A DNA stretch of 64,000 nt from Trypanosoma brucei (lineage: Eukaryota). The translations under genes were made by a program, and so were the position numbers. Location: contig CH464491.1 in assembly GCA_000002445.1 (NCBI GenBank), forward strand, positions 3,776,001 to 3,840,000, given 5' to 3'. The notes under the pieces are model-generated. The model ran no database searches. It was not told the DNA's origin and saw only the letters and a list, made by a program, of their open reading frames with translations. This document shows positions 61,601 through 64,000 of the stretch, piece after piece (the stretch's first letter is position 1; the number at the start of each line of letters is the position of its first letter).

Positions 61601-61952
61601 CCGGTATGACGGCTGCAGATGACAACATGAGAGAGGATGATCTCGATCTTGGCAGAAGGATCCGTTCTTGTGTTTGTGAACTGCTCATTGATCTCAAATT
61701 AATTGCCCTTTGTTGTTGTGCACGGAGTGGAACAGGGAGACCCCGTGGAGGTAGCCGTCCTATTGAAGCCGCTCGCGGTGACTCGGACCGACTTCGTGAC
61801 TCTAAAGCCCCGCTTCCTGCGCTCGGTGATCGCTGGATGGAAATCATGGGCGGTGCCTCCACACTTGGCCTTCGAGCCCTTATCACATTATTCGGAGAAA
61901 CACCAGCAAAAACCGAAGAGCCGCTCCGCACACCTTCCGCCAACTCCATCAT
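58602..61952 (-). CDS. TRIM-like protein lacking a RING finger: Ser/Pro-rich disordered N-terminus, B-box-type zinc finger, coiled coil and a C-terminal SPRY/B30.2-like domain
   Basis: The track start at 62000 is TTG, and the first ATG (reverse complement) is at 61950-61952. The B-box-like element is 'CPVHHKELQLYDSSTRELCCSLCLS'. The helical region is 'DKTAEWMGHHQRIISVAKHKKEAVIRQFDMLISAVKSKRDEF'. The C-terminus 'WVGIGVGVG...HLWVV...NLRVTL' has SPRY-like beta-sandwich spacing. Confidence 0.55.
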   Translation of the reverse strand: MMELAEGVRSGSSVFAGVSPNNVIRARRPSVEAPPMISIQRSPSAGSGALESRSRSESPRAASIGRLPPRGLPVPLRAQQQRAINLRSMSSSQTQERILLPRSRSSSLMLSSAAVIPADMVASKRFTPPGGRTPLVGPAKSPPIGFVKVMAGPPPPGMVKIPVSPSAIKSPGLSPHFNRSQTSVSSPMQSVALPSPASPAPALTPGLARKSSDHVSPGERSRRRRRRSEGKIVDTPQKHRSRTNEMECMEGLAAATEGSLPAEQSRHRRHHRLSRRTTARRSSSALAGEKASKDVPPTPENPVVNGDNGDEIAFVAEEEGKEGANTEAKQRSGDARKSSSSSSDSSVSFQFTDTNPPEGQCKEEETTPTPEEKSVVNEKCAKPMDVESPRSASRTQRHNSHRISAPETPKSKGSGISSKSRSRFGLPSVEGVQKASVMEVDEEEKIEEATPAEGKHEPSLPVAENPKNQWNAMMSTLQDQSSNGVSRRTAPSLETSNKLQEASRKHIAEQFLSILCPQQFYGKVTKLHRIRLINSERSRAPGLKEHATILVASKGVLPNQLFYPQLRLAQCDGVEATSADIPGQLDTSIVLCEAAPGNMVFAGTEVEAEHIFENDSTVTSCFTLDKSAIIFRDPVRYVLPKAMLDVRWIPYSVQGSEPLCPVHHKELQLYDSSTRELCCSLCLSKSGVDTSKLIVVPEALEGDSRRRVTETLGEHLKRSIDKTAEWMGHHQRIISVAKHKKEAVIRQFDMLISAVKSKRDEFLEHCDASFASTLSSVAKEILLAEEKVALMKAAIDHLRSDALKPLYSLQVATVASALHVGEETPWGTSTDATDISLLNSGLSVNLEGVMAELQLVSVVPYTRPPSSRRRRMGDDRQEEVTQTDDYESKRRTSQKSVPTKELTLDDHLNLSTHPHKRPLTSVRRRRSVGRGSPTGRRAAPLLPHEVFEDSDILGDDENIKRVRRLGQWITVPGCRGTCIFNAPIHKIIKACREGRNLSTRPIALQWTLRVDDPGEWVGIGVGVGGNLTTWSENHTPDLGHLWVVPEGARRQHFNLRVTLAPRVGHAKLTVHNTNGKQLDDGHIPQWRAARSCYPQITFGGRIGDVRLIDGPQLLTT

Positions 61953-62222
61953 GGCCACTAACAAACCTTTTACGATCCAACCCGTATGGGTGGAAGACAA
62001 AGTAGTGGATTTTTAAAATAAAAAAATAGATATAATAATCATCATCATAACGGAGGTAAGCGCAGGCAAATAAATATTACCACATAAAGCACTGTAACAA
62101 ATGCCATCTTGTCGATTCATGGATAAGTAATATGGCAACGGTCTTTTTTCCGTCATTTATATACTCGCCGCGTGGTGTATATGCCGGAAGACCACCGCCA
62201 CAACGTGAGCGGCTGCGCCCTA

Positions 62223-62657
62223 TTACTCACCTTCGATAAGAGGTTCTTCCTCAAAGGAGCTAATTCCTTCCATGCAGGAAATTTGTTCGTTAAAAAGATT
62301 CTGCACTGTTGACGCTGTCTTTACCTGGTGAATTGTTTCTGCCATCCTACCCAGCGCGGCGACACGTTGCGATAGTGGTGTTTGCCTCTGGACTGCCAGG
62401 GCCCGCGCGCTCTCACCCCACGCACAATGTTCCGATAAGTGACTCAAATGCAACTGGTGGAGATTCTCATTTGCGGCAGCGCCAAGGAGAAGTGGCATTG
62501 CCCGGCGTCCATTCACTCGCATGAATTCCTCTCGTATGAAATTGTAATCCATCTGTTCTTTCGTCACCTGTGTCGCTGCCCACAGGGTCCCATGGCAACG
62601 CATAAGTTGATGAAACATTGTTGCTTGCGCCAACCGCCGTGCGTAAATATCGTTCAT
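62223..62657 (-). CDS. Hypothetical 144-aa protein
   Basis: ATG (reverse complement) at 62655-62657 on the coding strand of the - unit. Composition is non-repetitive. No motif was recognised. Confidence 0.35.
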   Translation of the reverse strand: MNDIYARRLAQATMFHQLMRCHGTLWAATQVTKEQMDYNFIREEFMRVNGRRAMPLLLGAAANENLHQLHLSHLSEHCAWGESARALAVQRQTPLSQRVAALGRMAETIHQVKTASTVQNLFNEQISCMEGISSFEEEPLIEGE

Positions 62658-62769
62658 TTTAGGGATTTCTCACTACAAGCGTTCCACACAACGGTTTCTG
62701 TCTAGTACACGGGGTGGTGAAGGTATTTGCATACACCGAGTAAAGGAGGAGTAGACACATGATAATTTT

Positions 62770-62803
62770 CTTTTTTTTTTGCGTGTGTGTGTGTGTGTGT
62801 GTG
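62770..62803. repeat. T-run followed by a (GT)n microsatellite in the spacer between two - strand genes
   Basis: Read directly: 'ctttttttttttgcgtgtgtgtgtgtgtgtgtgtgcg'. Confidence 0.85.
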
Positions 62804-62996
62804 CGAAAACACAACGATAATGTTACTCCTAAAGTAGACACATTCAGAATATACACGTGTATATAGGTGTTAAAAGATGAGGCGATTACAAAGCGAATTC
62901 ATCGGGGAATGGGGGAAGATCAGTGACAACAAAACGATCCCTCCACACCATTCAAGTGGATGCTGAACTGTAACAATACACACACCACCACATTAT

Positions 62997-63485
62997 CTAT
63001 TTTTTCCTTTCCTGGGCATCGGCCTCCGCCACGAGACCGAGGTGGTCTAACTTCTTTACTCCGACATATGCAAACCCAGCGGCTCGCAACTCCTCCTCGG
63101 TAGCCTTCTCATCTCTGGCGTAATCCGGTACTGGAGAAACCGTTGTTGTACTCGTAATTCGTGGAGGAGCATCTTTCAAACACATCATCGACCGCATTTC
63201 CCAATAAAATATAAGCACAAATATTAGCAAGGACAGTTTGAAGAGTGACCAACTCCAGTCTCTATTAAAGCCCCACACATCAAAAAAAGGAACACTTTCC
63301 CGTGACTCAAAGCGCGGGTCCTGCCAGTGGGGCTTTTCCGGGTCCACATGTTTTAAATCGTTGGGGTCATACATTCTAATGTCTGACATATGCTTAGAGG
63401 AGGATGCGGTATCGACATAAGGTTTTGGTGGGATTGGTGTCTTTTTTTTTCCACGCCGCCCAACGAGCCTAAGGAGCCATTTCAT
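62997..63485 (-). CDS. Hypothetical small single-pass membrane protein (about 162 aa), possibly mitochondrial
   Basis: The track ORF starts with GTG at 63671 and its first 60 codons read through a poly-T/poly-A tract. The internal ATG at 63483-63485 (MKWLLRLVGRRGKKK...) gives a basic N-terminus, one TM helix 'LFKLSLLIFVLIFYW' and an acidic C-terminus. Confidence 0.4.
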   Translation of the reverse strand: MKWLLRLVGRRGKKKTPIPPKPYVDTASSSKHMSDIRMYDPNDLKHVDPEKPHWQDPRFESRESVPFFDVWGFNRDWSWSLFKLSLLIFVLIFYWEMRSMMCLKDAPPRITSTTTVSPVPDYARDEKATEEELRAAGFAYVGVKKLDHLGLVAEADAQERKK

Positions 63486-64000
63486 AGGTCTGGAATACAC
63501 AATGTTTCGGTTGTGTCCCGTTGTGGAACAGCAAAAAAAAAAGCAAACGAAACGAAAGCAAAAAAAAAAGGAAAAGTACAAGTATTGTTTAAAAGGAGAA
63601 AACCAACAATGCCAGAATCTGCTAACAGTAACTTGCAGTACGGTAATTATGTGTGCCATTTGCCTCCCCACTTGTAAAGATGAGAAAAAATGTCACCGTG
63701 TGTATATTACGTTTGTTCCAACAGCCTCCCCTATTCGGAGTTCACGTTGCATTACCTACAACACCCTGTCATGATTACTTTTAAAATCCACATTACAGTT
63801 TCGCGCAGAGTTTGAAAAAGAAAAAAAAATCAAGTATTTTGTGAACCCTTATCTTTCTCTTTTTTTTTTCCTATCCGCAGTGGTGGCAGCACATCACAAC
63901 CACGCCATCCACCAAATGTACATTTCAGATATGTTTTCGATGGCGGATGAGTGACTGATCAACCGGGAGACCTGACCTTCACAACCCAATGCGAGTGTAT

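Noticed and set aside
1-64000. Prokaryotic-style interpretation (operons, CRISPR, phage or defence islands)
   Set aside because: Several features indicate a kinetoplastid nuclear chromosome rather than a bacterial or phage sequence: eukaryote-specific proteins (PPR, ArfGAP, BBS9, RPN12, CPSF160-like, PAM2), 0.5-4 kb poly-T spacers, and no Shine-Dalgarno logic. No direct-repeat and spacer array was seen.

Overview
The window reads as a chromosome-core segment of a kinetoplastid, most plausibly an African trypanosome such as Trypanosoma brucei. Long intron-less ORFs sit head-to-tail with poly-T/polypyrimidine-rich spacers, and several products can be recognised from memory (TbCe1-like capping enzyme, PPR proteins, ESAG6/7-like surface proteins). 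Its organisation is two converging polycistronic units. About 23 genes on the + strand run from position 1 to about 49.7 kb. At least 5 genes on the - strand run from about 64 kb down to 51.8 kb. They meet in a roughly 2 kb gene-free convergent strand-switch region (about 49.7-51.8 kb). Housekeeping genes I can support from motifs are: proteasome lid RPN12, a mitochondrial PPR protein, an ArfGAP, BBSome subunit BBS9, a USP-type deubiquitinase, an Rpb7-family polymerase subunit, peptide deformylase, a WLM/Wss1-like metalloprotease with RanBP2 zinc fingers, a PPPDE/DeSI peptidase, a CPSF160-like propeller protein, a LicD/fukutin-like transferase and a Ski2-like helicase with a single helicase cassette. 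Two regions stand out. First, a tandem pair of paralogues: a two-domain P-loop-kinase + guanylyltransferase mRNA capping enzyme (TbCe1-like), followed by a divergent copy with eroded catalytic motifs and a PAM2-like PABP-binding motif. Second, a five-gene tandem array of VSG-fold surface proteins carrying signal peptides and GPI signals, some ESAG6/7-like, abutting the convergent strand-switch region. The supplied ORF track uses GTG/TTG as starts for several ORFs. I moved those starts to the first in-frame ATG after reading the nucleotides. No rRNA, CRISPR array or recognisable retroelement was seen. No tRNA could be supported by eye.
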